A DNA stretch of 64,000 nt, taken from IMG/VR virus record IMGVR_UViG_3300020420_000008, positions 32,001-96,000 of that record; one strand, given 5' to 3'. The notes under the pieces were generated by a model that saw only the letters and a program-made list of their open reading frames with translations, ran no database searches and was not told the origin of the DNA. This DNA is from a virus. This document shows positions 48,101 through 57,273 of this stretch, piece by piece. A program made the translations under genes and the position numbers. The stretch's first letter is position 1. Each line of letters begins with the position of its first letter.

Positions 48101-50020
48101 GCAATAGCAGGTACTGCTAATGAAACTGACGTTTCACGTTCAAACGGTACAGTGACAGTAGGACTACCACAAGATGTAACGATTGCAAGAGATTTAGATG
48201 TTACAAGAGATGTGTCTATCACAGGTAATTTATCAGTCGCTGGTACAACAACTACAGTCAACTCAACAACAGTATCTATAGCAGATCCAATATTCGAACT
48301 TGGTGCAGACGGCTCAGATGATAATTTGGATCGTGGTATTATCATGAAATATAATAATGGCACAGATGCAAAGAAAGCTTTTATAGGGTTCGATGATAGT
48401 GATGGTAAGTTCGCAATGATACCGGATGCTACTGATACTGCATCAGTAATATCAGGTACAGTAGGTACACTAAAAGCTAATATAGAAGGAAATATAACTG
48501 GTAATTTAAATGGAGATGTCACTGGTGATGTAACAGGAAATATCTCATCATCTGGTACAAGTGCGTTCTCAGGCACTTTAAATTTAAATGGCGCAACAGT
48601 TCAAAATGCCGCCTTTAATCTCACAGGCGCTTTATCAGGTAATGCGACAACAGCAACAACACTACAAAATGCTAGAACAATAGGTGGTGTAAGTTTTAAT
48701 GGTAGTGCAAATATCAATCTTCCTGGTGTTAATACAGCTGGTAATCAGAATACTTCAGGTAACGCCGCCACTGCTACAAAACTGGCGGCTACAAAAACAA
48801 TTGGTGGAACAGCATTTGATGGTTCTGGTAACATAGATGTAAAAGTAAAAACAGTTTCTGAAGGTGCATCTACTGCCGATCATTTTCTAACATTTGTTTC
48901 TAGTAGCACAACTACAAACGTACAAGATATAAAAGAAGATGCGGATTTAAAATATAAGCCTTCTACAGGAACTTTGACTTCAGCAATAGTATCCGCAGGA
49001 ACAAACTTCCTCGGTGATACATTTAAAAATACAAGCAATCAAAATGTTATAACAAAGACAGGTACAGGTGTTGGTGAAAACCTATTTCATGGTAATTCAA
49101 GTACGTCTTCACAATGGGCGAGTGGAGTAAATATAGACTTGAGATGGAGTACTGATGGTTCTCCAGGAAGTTCTGATCCTAATGCAGGTTCAATTTCAAG
49201 TTTAACTGGAGCTGATGCAAGTATTTTTGGTGAACTAAGATTTCCTTCAGGAGGTGTTTTAGTAGCTGAAGGCGATCTTGGCGGCGCTTCTGTTTCAGCA
49301 GGTAAATTAGCATCGAATGCAGTAACCACTGTAAAAATAGCGAACGGTGCTGTAACAGGTGATAAGATAGCTAGTGGTGCTGTTACAACAAATAAGATAG
49401 GTGCAAATGCTGTTGGTAATGCCGCCATAAACAACAGTGCATCTTTCACTATGGGTGCTTTGACAGTAGATAACATAACACTAGATGGTAATGAAATTGA
49501 TGTTGGTTCTGGTAATTTAACATTAGATGTTAACGGCGATATCAATTTAAATGCAGACGGCGGTGATGTAATTTTTCAAGATAATACTACAACATATGGT
49601 GGTATTAGTAACAGTAGTGGTAATATAAGAATATCATCTGGAAATTCAACAATGCTCACTGGTTCTGGAGCAAATGCGACTTTTGCAGGAAGCTTAGGTG
49701 TTAATGGCACTATAACAGCGACTAACGATATTACAGCGTTTGGTTCTTTATCTGATATTACATTAAAAGAAAACATTCAACCTATCGAAAATGCTTTAGA
49801 TAAAGTTTCAAAAATTCGTGGTGTTACATTCAACTATATTGATACACCAGACAAAAGAGTACCTGGTGTCATTGCACAAGAATTACAAGAAGTATTACCT
49901 GAAGCTGTTTATGAAACAGAAAATGGTAAACTCGCTGTTAGATATGATAACACAATAGCATTATTATTAGAAGCTATAAAAGAACTCAAGAAAGAAGTTG
50001 AAGAATTGAAAGGTAAGTAA
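45125..50020 (+). CDS. long tail fibre with C-terminal intramolecular chaperone (peptidase S74)
   Basis: DSFNTWR..TN N-terminus; DLGS....W repeats; SDITLKENI...GVIAQE...EAIKEL C-terminus. Confidence 0.85.
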   Translation: MTVTIANTNLVDSFNTWRLNTNLAATTISNNVVTVSKTGAVRGGTTKGDGHIKGIFSANDLRSSAIRGGNTTNQSAITLHSNTTIEARTFTINANTEFTGNVNFTTTTTDRIILGDISRIRVTGGNSGDFLRKTGVDQITAAQMGLRQLSDLSSNSAHIILSSSNTAFSEELNTPDLRFSAGTDGQDVFRVYGDGDSTGGNSDLLIQLVSADGDSNLKIQTNANNTVHTFGADGNFQSTGRLTTVGITTSGTILPSGASVNLGSGSAKFLDGNFSGTVTTDKLNISTTAGDGVSSDLLPATHNARDLGNTNYQWRNIFSSGTSTLNNVTIGGTLGTTGDLTAVNLIATGDVDLGNATTDTITVTGQFDSDLIPSTDNARDLGSSSKEWKDLYIDGVANIDELSVATGSGQGVSTSLIPKTDGTHNLGSTNREWQNLFIDGTAHIDTLDVDENATFGGTITATSGTTTLSTGAISVANITTLNTTGLASLDGGIDVDGVFTVADSSGNMATTGTATVGGLTSLNGGIAVDTNKFTVADTSGNVATAGSLTVAGTTTLNGDVTLGDSSTDTVTINGTIAGTSTFNNLATTGATDIGDNVNDTLTVTASVDSNFIPTGTVNLGSNSSRWTNGYITNLVGRNITLGASGDASGTNSLTIFGDITIDGDINQSTGQTIAATAGDFTNATVSTLLNVQGNADLGNAASDTITFAGTVDSDIIPNGASRDLGSTSARWDVGYFNDINVADDFALTDDLTVGGDAGVTGTVSAGALNVSGATNLAGDVDFDGAITRDGGTVLFDTNGVLNQASIATGAIASAKLASVVTGASVGSASAVPVITFNSKGQITAATTATVAGVTGFAVGNAADGKKFTITTADGSTFDATVGAGSIGTNEMSTISGLTATTYGSATQVPVLTVNAKGRVTAASQVAVAGISSVAYTSANNNVRVSTGDGKTHDLTVAPATDSVRGVASFDSGDFDVSSGAVTLKNATTGAVLAIAGTANETDVSRSNGTVTVGLPQDVTIARDLDVTRDVSITGNLSVAGTTTTVNSTTVSIADPIFELGADGSDDNLDRGIIMKYNNGTDAKKAFIGFDDSDGKFAMIPDATDTASVISGTVGTLKANIEGNITGNLNGDVTGDVTGNISSSGTSAFSGTLNLNGATVQNAAFNLTGALSGNATTATTLQNARTIGGVSFNGSANINLPGVNTAGNQNTSGNAATATKLAATKTIGGTAFDGSGNIDVKVKTVSEGASTADHFLTFVSSSTTTNVQDIKEDADLKYKPSTGTLTSAIVSAGTNFLGDTFKNTSNQNVITKTGTGVGENLFHGNSSTSSQWASGVNIDLRWSTDGSPGSSDPNAGSISSLTGADASIFGELRFPSGGVLVAEGDLGGASVSAGKLASNAVTTVKIANGAVTGDKIASGAVTTNKIGANAVGNAAINNSASFTMGALTVDNITLDGNEIDVGSGNLTLDVNGDINLNADGGDVIFQDNTTTYGGISNSSGNIRISSGNSTMLTGSGANATFAGSLGVNGTITATNDITAFGSLSDITLKENIQPIENALDKVSKIRGVTFNYIDTPDKRVPGVIAQELQEVLPEAVYETENGKLAVRYDNTIALLLEAIKELKKEVEELKGK

Positions 50021-51109
50021 ATGGCACTACAATCTTCAGGCGCAATATCAATCAAAAATGTACAAGACGAGTTTTCGCCTACAGGCGGAACAGGAGGCGC
50101 AGGAATAAAATTTAGTGAATACTATAGAAATGGTAGTATTATTGCCAGTGATGCAGTAGGAGGAAGTATACCTAATTCGGGTGCAATATCACTAAGTCAA
50201 TTTAGAGGTGCTATGGATTACTCAGAAGTAACAATCAGTGGTAATCATAACAATTCAAATCTTAGATCCTTAGCAAATGCCGCCGGTTTTAACGGAACTA
50301 ATCCAGTTCGTATAACAATAAATGCTGGATATTATTTAGCAACTACAACAAGCAATTATGGAATGAGAACAGGTTCTTTTCCTAGTGAATTAAAAGTAGA
50401 TAATTATGCTTACATTATGGGTAAAGGAGGAACAGGCGGACAGGCTCCTAGTGCAGGAGGTTCAGGTGGAGGACATGCTCTTCTTCTTGAAACAAATGTA
50501 ACACGATGGAATAACCTTAGTAACGGAACTTGTTCCGCCGGTGGAGGTGGAGGAGGTTCAGGTAGATATAACGATAGCGGTTCTGTTAGATCCGCCGCCG
50601 GTGGAGGTGGAGGTGCTGGAGGTGGTGATGGCGGACGTGCCGCCGGTGGTGGATTTGTTGGTGGTGGTGCAGGTAGTAATTCTGGAGGAGGCTCAGGTAG
50701 TACTGGTAGTATTGCACACTCGGCGGCAGGAAGTGCTGAAGGTAGTAATATTGCAGGACGTGGTGGTACAGCTGGTGGAGGAGGAGGCGGCTGGGGCCGA
50801 GATCAAAATAAAGGTAATACAACGAGAACGACAGCAGGCTCCGGTGGCGGAGGTGGAAGAGCATTTCCTGGAACTGGTGGCGGTGGTGGTAGTAATCCTG
50901 GCTTTGCAAATCCTGGAGGTGGTGGAGGAAGTTCTACTGGTGGAGGCGGGGGTGGCTCCACTCATACCGGCGGTGGTGGCGGTGGTTGGGGTTCTTCTGG
51001 TGGTGGCGCCGGTGGAGGCGGCGGTGGTGGCGGTGGTAGAGCCGTACATCGAAACGGAAGAAGTATTTCACACAACAACAATAGATTTCATGGATCAATA
51101 GCAGGATAA
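50021..51109 (+). CDS. glycine-rich fibre-tip adhesin (gp38-like architecture)
   Basis: MALQSSGAIS N-terminus plus many poly-Gly motifs; directly after the fibre gene. Confidence 0.7.
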   Translation: MALQSSGAISIKNVQDEFSPTGGTGGAGIKFSEYYRNGSIIASDAVGGSIPNSGAISLSQFRGAMDYSEVTISGNHNNSNLRSLANAAGFNGTNPVRITINAGYYLATTTSNYGMRTGSFPSELKVDNYAYIMGKGGTGGQAPSAGGSGGGHALLLETNVTRWNNLSNGTCSAGGGGGGSGRYNDSGSVRSAAGGGGGAGGGDGGRAAGGGFVGGGAGSNSGGGSGSTGSIAHSAAGSAEGSNIAGRGGTAGGGGGGWGRDQNKGNTTRTTAGSGGGGGRAFPGTGGGGGSNPGFANPGGGGGSSTGGGGGGSTHTGGGGGGWGSSGGGAGGGGGGGGGRAVHRNGRSISHNNNRFHGSIAG

Positions 51110-51114
51110 TTATT

Positions 51115-52011
51115 ATGTATATGAACGCAGATATGATGAAGAAAACACTTAATTTATGTGATGAAGCTCACAAAGGATATGAAATAGGACTTAAAATATT
51201 ACAGGATAAAGGATATCTATCTTTATATAATGAACATGGAGAAAGTCATGCAGGTTTGATGACAATCCCTGAGTGGTTGCTTGTATATAGAACATTTGTT
51301 AATTCATATTGGCCCGAAGATAAAGTAAAAGAATTAGAAGATGCATACTCTCAAGAAGATAATGAAAATGATGTAACACCGAGTTTTAAAAATGATACAG
51401 CATTATTAAAACAATTGTCAGATGTTTATGTTACTACTACTAAAGATAGAAATCCAGATTTAACAGAAGAAGAAATAAAATCTAAAGATAAACAATGGTG
51501 GTTTGACGAGAATCAAGGTCCATATGGTTATTCATTTTGGATGATTGATAAAACAAAACCAGCACCTATTGAAGCCGTAATATATTGGAATAATCATACT
51601 GTAACAAATGATTGGTATATAACAATAGATGGTTATGAAACACAAGGTACAAAAGAAGTATTAAATAACAAGACTGTAGAAGAAATAAAAGCTAGATTAG
51701 ATGAATTAGTTACAGAGAGAGTAGGAGAACCATTAGCTTCTCAAGATGTAGAACCTGTTGACTTTGATGAATATGGTGGAGTAATAATGAATAAAAGTAT
51801 GAAAGACGCTGATGATGAAGATACTTTTATGGTTACAGATCATCTAGGCAATTCAGTTGCGGTAGATGGTATGGAGAAAGCTATAGAAACTGCTACAGCA
51901 TATAGAAAGGCTAAAGCAGAGTTTCAATTATCTTTTTTCATATGGAGAAAAATAACTGAACCAGGTGGTTATTTTGCTTGGAGAGAAGAGAATATAGCAG
52001 ATTACTTATAG
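51115..52011 (+). CDS. acidic hypothetical protein (possible fibre assembly factor)
   Basis: ORF in the fibre operon. Confidence 0.55.
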   Translation: MYMNADMMKKTLNLCDEAHKGYEIGLKILQDKGYLSLYNEHGESHAGLMTIPEWLLVYRTFVNSYWPEDKVKELEDAYSQEDNENDVTPSFKNDTALLKQLSDVYVTTTKDRNPDLTEEEIKSKDKQWWFDENQGPYGYSFWMIDKTKPAPIEAVIYWNNHTVTNDWYITIDGYETQGTKEVLNNKTVEEIKARLDELVTERVGEPLASQDVEPVDFDEYGGVIMNKSMKDADDEDTFMVTDHLGNSVAVDGMEKAIETATAYRKAKAEFQLSFFIWRKITEPGGYFAWREENIADYL

Positions 52012-52050
52012 TACTCATATTATAAATAGTACATAAACAAAGGTGTTAAG

Positions 52051-52401
52051 ATGGGTGCTAAAGCTAACATAGTCGTGGATCAAGGTACAGATTTCGCAAC
52101 AACAATCACTGTTAGAGACAATAGTGGTGTTGCTGTAAATCTTACAAACTACACCGGACATGGACAAATAAGAAAACATTATACTTCAACTGTTGCACAT
52201 AATATGCAGATAGTATTTGAAAGTCCAAGAGAAAGTGGGCAATTAACAATGAAGCTATCTAGAGGACAGACAGCAAACTTAGCTTCGGGAAGATATGTTT
52301 ATGATGTAGAAGTAACAGATAGTGCAAACACACGTTCAAGATTGATAGAAGGCATAGTCACAGTAACACCACAAGTAACACGCAGTAACGAGAGTACATA
52401 A
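52051..52401 (+). CDS. small Ig-like virion protein
   Basis: DQGTDF, GRYVYDV and EGIVTVTP motifs; late promoter TATAAATA at 52021-52028. Confidence 0.7.
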   Translation: MGAKANIVVDQGTDFATTITVRDNSGVAVNLTNYTGHGQIRKHYTSTVAHNMQIVFESPRESGQLTMKLSRGQTANLASGRYVYDVEVTDSANTRSRLIEGIVTVTPQVTRSNEST

Positions 52402-52403
52402 AA

Positions 52404-55400
52404 ATGGCGGACTTTGATGTTACGCTAGGTTCAAATAAAGGTAACTTAAATGTAGAGTTCGATAAACCTACGCAAGATTTAACTTTAAAGAATCAGGCGG
52501 CTACTAAGACAAATATAAGAGACTTCAACGATGTTGATAGCAACACTTTTCAAGGTGCACCGGCGGCGAATGGTGAGTCTATACTTGTCTATAATGCCAA
52601 TACAAAACTCTTTCAGTTACGCTCAGGTAATATAAGACTTAGAGAAAATCCAGCACATTATTCAGGATTAAAGTATACAGCCGAAGGTGCTTTTATACCT
52701 GACACAAACAATGCTTACGATTTAGGTTCTCCAGGAAGAAGATTTAGAACACTATTCTTATCTGGCGAAACAATTAAGTTAGGTAATTTAAATCTTTCTG
52801 ATTCAGGTGATACAATCACTATCACAAAAGATACTATTATCGATGGTGTTATTCAGAATGTTGTTATTGGTACTCTCAGCACACAAACTCTAAACACAGA
52901 TAATTTTGAAGCCGCCAATCTAGTAGCGAATAGTACATTTACTGTAGAAACACCAAGAGCCTTTTTTAATCAAGGTATGACTGTAAAGTCGGGTGTCATA
53001 CAAGCGAGTAATACACATCTTCATGCAAATAATATATCGATAAGAAATAATCTAACTGTCAACGGTGCTATCATACTCAGAGGTAGCACAATGAATCTTG
53101 GTGATGGCGGTGATGTCATAAATCTTGGTGCTACAGTTAATACTAGTATTTTACCTACAAGTTCTAATTTGCTTGATATTGGTGCGCCTGCACAGAAATA
53201 CGCAAATGTATTTACAACAAGCGTAAAAGGTTTACAAACACCAACAGAAGGTACAGATGGTGCTAATAAAGCATATGTAGACGATAGTATAGGCAATATA
53301 AGCACAACGGCAGATGGCACAACACTAGGTACTGGTTTCAATACACTGAATGATGGCGCATCAGTAGGATTTCAAGCTAGTGATAATTTAATATCCACTC
53401 TTGATAATATCAATGAGACAGCTTTTAATATTTTTAAAAATACATATGTTCGTGATGTAACTTTTGCTTCAGATAAAACATCAGGTGGTGCTGGCACGAC
53501 TGTTACTCTTACATTGACTGTAACAGGAAATGCAACTAGATTTGATATTAATTGGGGCGATGGTTCTACTGATACTGACGTAACTGATACAACACCGAGT
53601 CATACATATACATCAAATGCAGGTTCTCCATATACAGTTGTAGTTACTGCTAGAAATCATAATGCTATTTCAGGTTCTAAGGGAAGTTCAGCATCTTTTA
53701 CAAGAACAAATTTCATAACAATATTCTTAGCTGATCCAGTTCCTTCATTTACTATTCATGATGCATCGACAGATGGTAACTTAATAACAACAACATCTAC
53801 AGGTGTACCGGTATATTTAAATAATACAACGACTAATATACCAAATACAGCTATTACAGCAACTTTCTCCGTAAATTGGGGAGACGGCACTGCTACTGAA
53901 AATGTTACAGGAAAAACAGAAAATGGTGGACCTCAAGGTGGTAGGTTAGCACACACATATACAAATGCATCAGGTACAGGAAGACATACAGTAACACTAA
54001 ACGTAGTTAGTTTTGATGCTGGTGATCCTTCTGTTCTGCCTCTCAGTACAACTTCATTGATAAAAGTATTTGATGCTTCTATAGCATCACCTAATCATCT
54101 AGGTACAAAGACAATATCGCTCAACACTTCTTCTGTTGGTACGAATCCTAAAGTTGCATCAGGTTTTACAACAAACGGTGTTTCAGGAACAAACGCTGGT
54201 GATAACGTAACTCGCTATACTACATCAGGTGCAATTGCAACTGCCGCCATGGGCTCATTTTTCTTTCAAGCAGATGGTGGTACTCTAAGTGCATTTGTAG
54301 ATGGTAGTGCAGACGGACAAAAAGCTATTACTAATGCAAATGATGAAGGAACTTTTACAAGTCTCATCATTGACGATGAGCAAGATTATAACAGCTTTGA
54401 TGCAGATGGCAATACTGTAGCAGTAAATAGTAGAATATATGCTCCAGGATTATTCGAAGGTTATAAAGCACGAATATCAAAGAGTAATTTCTCAACAGGC
54501 TTACACTCTCTTCAATTACAATCAACTGCTGGTAATACTAACACATTGAAGTTTATCAGAGATGATGTAACAATAACACCTACAACAAGTGTAGGTTCTG
54601 CAACACTTACACAGGCGTCAGCTGGTACATTATCTTATATATCAGGTATACCTTACTATACAAATGATGCAACACTCACTCTTGCTGGTGTAACTGTACA
54701 AAGTTTTACAGGACAAACTTTTCAAGACACAACATCACCTGTAGTAGTAGAAAACTCTACTGACTTAGAAGGCACATCAGGTAATGCAATAGGAACAAAT
54801 AACTTTACATACGCAAATATAGATGGTAGTACAACTATGTTAGAAAGTGGTACACCAAAAGTAAATATAGGAACAGCATCACCTTACGCTCTAGGTAATC
54901 TTACAGTAAATGTAAATGGTGGCGGTAAACGTGTAGAAAGATTACAAGTAAAAGCAAAGAACTCAAACGGAACTGGTAGTGCTGTAATATTAGCATCGCC
55001 TGCAATACAAGCATATAATGGTAGTAAATCGTTTGATGAGACTGCGATACCTGTATCAGACTCACTAGGTGCTGGCTTTGATAATGATGCCAAACGTATT
55101 CATAGTTTGACTGGTGGTGCAGTAGCATTTAGTAATTCTACTGATTACTTTGCAGATAACGCTTTTACAGGTGCCCAAACAGTAGCAGGCACAACTGAAG
55201 CGATAGTGCGATACGATACACTAAAGCACTTCACAACTGATTTGTCAAGTGGTTATTTACCAGCTGGACCTAATTTAAATACAGGACGTTCAGGTGCCCA
55301 ACATTTTGTTTTTGCTTTCAAGAGAACAACTGTTTCACGTTTTAGTATTACGCTTACGGGTAAAGTATCAGGACTTTTTGTAGCTGTTCCTAATACTGCA

Positions 55401-55685
55401 ATGGATACAGCATCAGGTATAAATGGTTGGGGAGATGCGTCAATACAATATGCAGGTTCTGGTGTTCCTGGTTCAGACACAAGTAACGGCGGTAACGGAA
55501 GTAACGGTATTGCAGAAACAGGTTCTGATAAAATTATAGATGGTACAAATTATAGTAATCAAACATTTACAATGACACTTGGTACTGTGTCTTCATCAAA
55601 CTCATTTAATAATCAGATACTTATCTCTATAGTCCTAAATAGTGATGATAGTTTAACTGCACTATCGATAGGAGTACCGAGTTAA
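52404..55685 (+). CDS. virion/fibre protein with PKD-like domains
   Basis: two INWGDG/VNWGDG...HTY PKD-like repeats. Confidence 0.7.
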   Translation: MADFDVTLGSNKGNLNVEFDKPTQDLTLKNQAATKTNIRDFNDVDSNTFQGAPAANGESILVYNANTKLFQLRSGNIRLRENPAHYSGLKYTAEGAFIPDTNNAYDLGSPGRRFRTLFLSGETIKLGNLNLSDSGDTITITKDTIIDGVIQNVVIGTLSTQTLNTDNFEAANLVANSTFTVETPRAFFNQGMTVKSGVIQASNTHLHANNISIRNNLTVNGAIILRGSTMNLGDGGDVINLGATVNTSILPTSSNLLDIGAPAQKYANVFTTSVKGLQTPTEGTDGANKAYVDDSIGNISTTADGTTLGTGFNTLNDGASVGFQASDNLISTLDNINETAFNIFKNTYVRDVTFASDKTSGGAGTTVTLTLTVTGNATRFDINWGDGSTDTDVTDTTPSHTYTSNAGSPYTVVVTARNHNAISGSKGSSASFTRTNFITIFLADPVPSFTIHDASTDGNLITTTSTGVPVYLNNTTTNIPNTAITATFSVNWGDGTATENVTGKTENGGPQGGRLAHTYTNASGTGRHTVTLNVVSFDAGDPSVLPLSTTSLIKVFDASIASPNHLGTKTISLNTSSVGTNPKVASGFTTNGVSGTNAGDNVTRYTTSGAIATAAMGSFFFQADGGTLSAFVDGSADGQKAITNANDEGTFTSLIIDDEQDYNSFDADGNTVAVNSRIYAPGLFEGYKARISKSNFSTGLHSLQLQSTAGNTNTLKFIRDDVTITPTTSVGSATLTQASAGTLSYISGIPYYTNDATLTLAGVTVQSFTGQTFQDTTSPVVVENSTDLEGTSGNAIGTNNFTYANIDGSTTMLESGTPKVNIGTASPYALGNLTVNVNGGGKRVERLQVKAKNSNGTGSAVILASPAIQAYNGSKSFDETAIPVSDSLGAGFDNDAKRIHSLTGGAVAFSNSTDYFADNAFTGAQTVAGTTEAIVRYDTLKHFTTDLSSGYLPAGPNLNTGRSGAQHFVFAFKRTTVSRFSITLTGKVSGLFVAVPNTAMDTASGINGWGDASIQYAGSGVPGSDTSNGGNGSNGIAETGSDKIIDGTNYSNQTFTMTLGTVSSSNSFNNQILISIVLNSDDSLTALSIGVPS

Positions 55686-56527
55686 TGGCAATATCTGATT
55701 CACAGAAAGTAGATTATTTGTGGAAAAAGCTTGGTTATGGTAAAGCTAAGACTGACACAAATACCAATAAGAAAGCGCCTAACGAAGCGATAGACTCACC
55801 TTTGCTGATGAGAGGTGATATCATATGGGCTCAAGCAGACTTGATACCATCTACGATACCCGATGCAACTAATACTCATGTAAGAGTTTACAAGGCTACT
55901 ACAGCAATAGAAACTACAGAAGATAATACAGCAACAGCAAATAGAACTTGGAAAACAGGACAAACAGATTGGATACCAACACAGTTTGGTTCTACATATC
56001 TTGTCAAAGTATATACTGATTCGGCAGGGGCGGCAAATGCACCTTCAACAGGCACACAGCTTTTCGCAACTGGTTCTGGTAATGATGATGAATGGTTCTT
56101 TGACTATGAGGCTGGTGTACTACATTTTATAGGTTCAAATATACCATCGTCAGTCTCAGGTAAAAAAGTTTTCATAGAAGGTGCTAGATACATAGGTGCA
56201 AAAGGTATAGCTTCTGCTAATAACATGACTACACTAGGTGCTAAAATTGTACAAGCAAATACCATCTCTATGGCGAATACTACATCAACATCATCACTAA
56301 AAATAACAGGTGCAAATAGTACTGTAAAATCAGCAAATGTTGTTATAGAAAAAGTTGCAACTATAGGAGAACTTAGATTAGGTAATCATATAGATAATGG
56401 TGTACTTATAGGAAGAACATTTAATAAAAGAGTAGGTTTTGTTGCACCAGGAAGTTTTGGAACAGTTTTTCAAATCGCCGCCAATGGTACACCTACTTTT
56501 ACTAATCTAACAGGTGGTAGCTACTAA
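55685..56527 (+). CDS. virion structural protein
   Basis: translationally coupled; WFFDYEAGVLHF motif; ends GGSY. Confidence 0.6.
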   Translation: MAISDSQKVDYLWKKLGYGKAKTDTNTNKKAPNEAIDSPLLMRGDIIWAQADLIPSTIPDATNTHVRVYKATTAIETTEDNTATANRTWKTGQTDWIPTQFGSTYLVKVYTDSAGAANAPSTGTQLFATGSGNDDEWFFDYEAGVLHFIGSNIPSSVSGKKVFIEGARYIGAKGIASANNMTTLGAKIVQANTISMANTTSTSSLKITGANSTVKSANVVIEKVATIGELRLGNHIDNGVLIGRTFNKRVGFVAPGSFGTVFQIAANGTPTFTNLTGGSY

Positions 56528-56542
56528 TTATGAAAGAGTGAA

Positions 56543-57214
56543 ATGAGTGATTATTCATATATAAATCCAAAATCTTTTGAAGAATCTAGCAATCAAGCCA
56601 TAGCAGAACTACATGAAACTATAATAACTTTACGTGCTAGAATATTTACTTTAGAAAAAGAAGTTAAAGATGAAAAAGAAAAATTAAAACATGCGAAAAA
56701 TGATGTTTTACTTAAAGAGAAAGCTTTCGATAACGGTTTAAAATTATTAAATACAGGTGATGAAGAATTATTAAGATTGAGAAAAGAAGTGAAATATTAT
56801 GAAGATAATATAGATTTGGTATGGAAAAGAAGAATACGTCCTGAAAAACTTAAACAAGAAAAAGAAGAAAAAATTAAAAAAAGTGTCATAGGTAGACTTG
56901 GTGCAGTAGGTTGGCAAAAGATTATAACTGATTTAAAACGAGCTTTTGATAGAGATAGAAAAAAATTCGAACAAACTCAAACTAAATACAGTAAATTAGT
57001 AGAAGATAATGAAAATATGCCTGTTCCTGACTCTGTTATGCAGTCAATAGACGAAAGAGTAACGGATTTGCAGAATGAATTAAAGCTTGCAAAAGAAGAT
57101 TTAGAGTATTATAAAAAATTTATTAAAGATAAGTCTGTAATAACAAAGAGACTAAACGCTACAGGAAGACAACAACGTAAAAGTTTAAGAGAACAATTAG
57201 GTATTAAGAAATAA
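56543..57214 (+). CDS. coiled-coil hypothetical protein
   Basis: highly charged heptad repeats. Confidence 0.6.
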   Translation: MSDYSYINPKSFEESSNQAIAELHETIITLRARIFTLEKEVKDEKEKLKHAKNDVLLKEKAFDNGLKLLNTGDEELLRLRKEVKYYEDNIDLVWKRRIRPEKLKQEKEEKIKKSVIGRLGAVGWQKIITDLKRAFDRDRKKFEQTQTKYSKLVEDNENMPVPDSVMQSIDERVTDLQNELKLAKEDLEYYKKFIKDKSVITKRLNATGRQQRKSLREQLGIKK

Positions 57215-57273
57215 TAATTATTATAAATAAACAATAGATTAACTTAAAGAAGAGAATTTAAGGAGCTTTTCAA

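Noticed and set aside
50541-51101. Alternative-frame ORFs and apparent GGT/GGC tandem repeats
   Set aside because: By-products of the poly-Gly coding sequence, not independent genes or a repeat array
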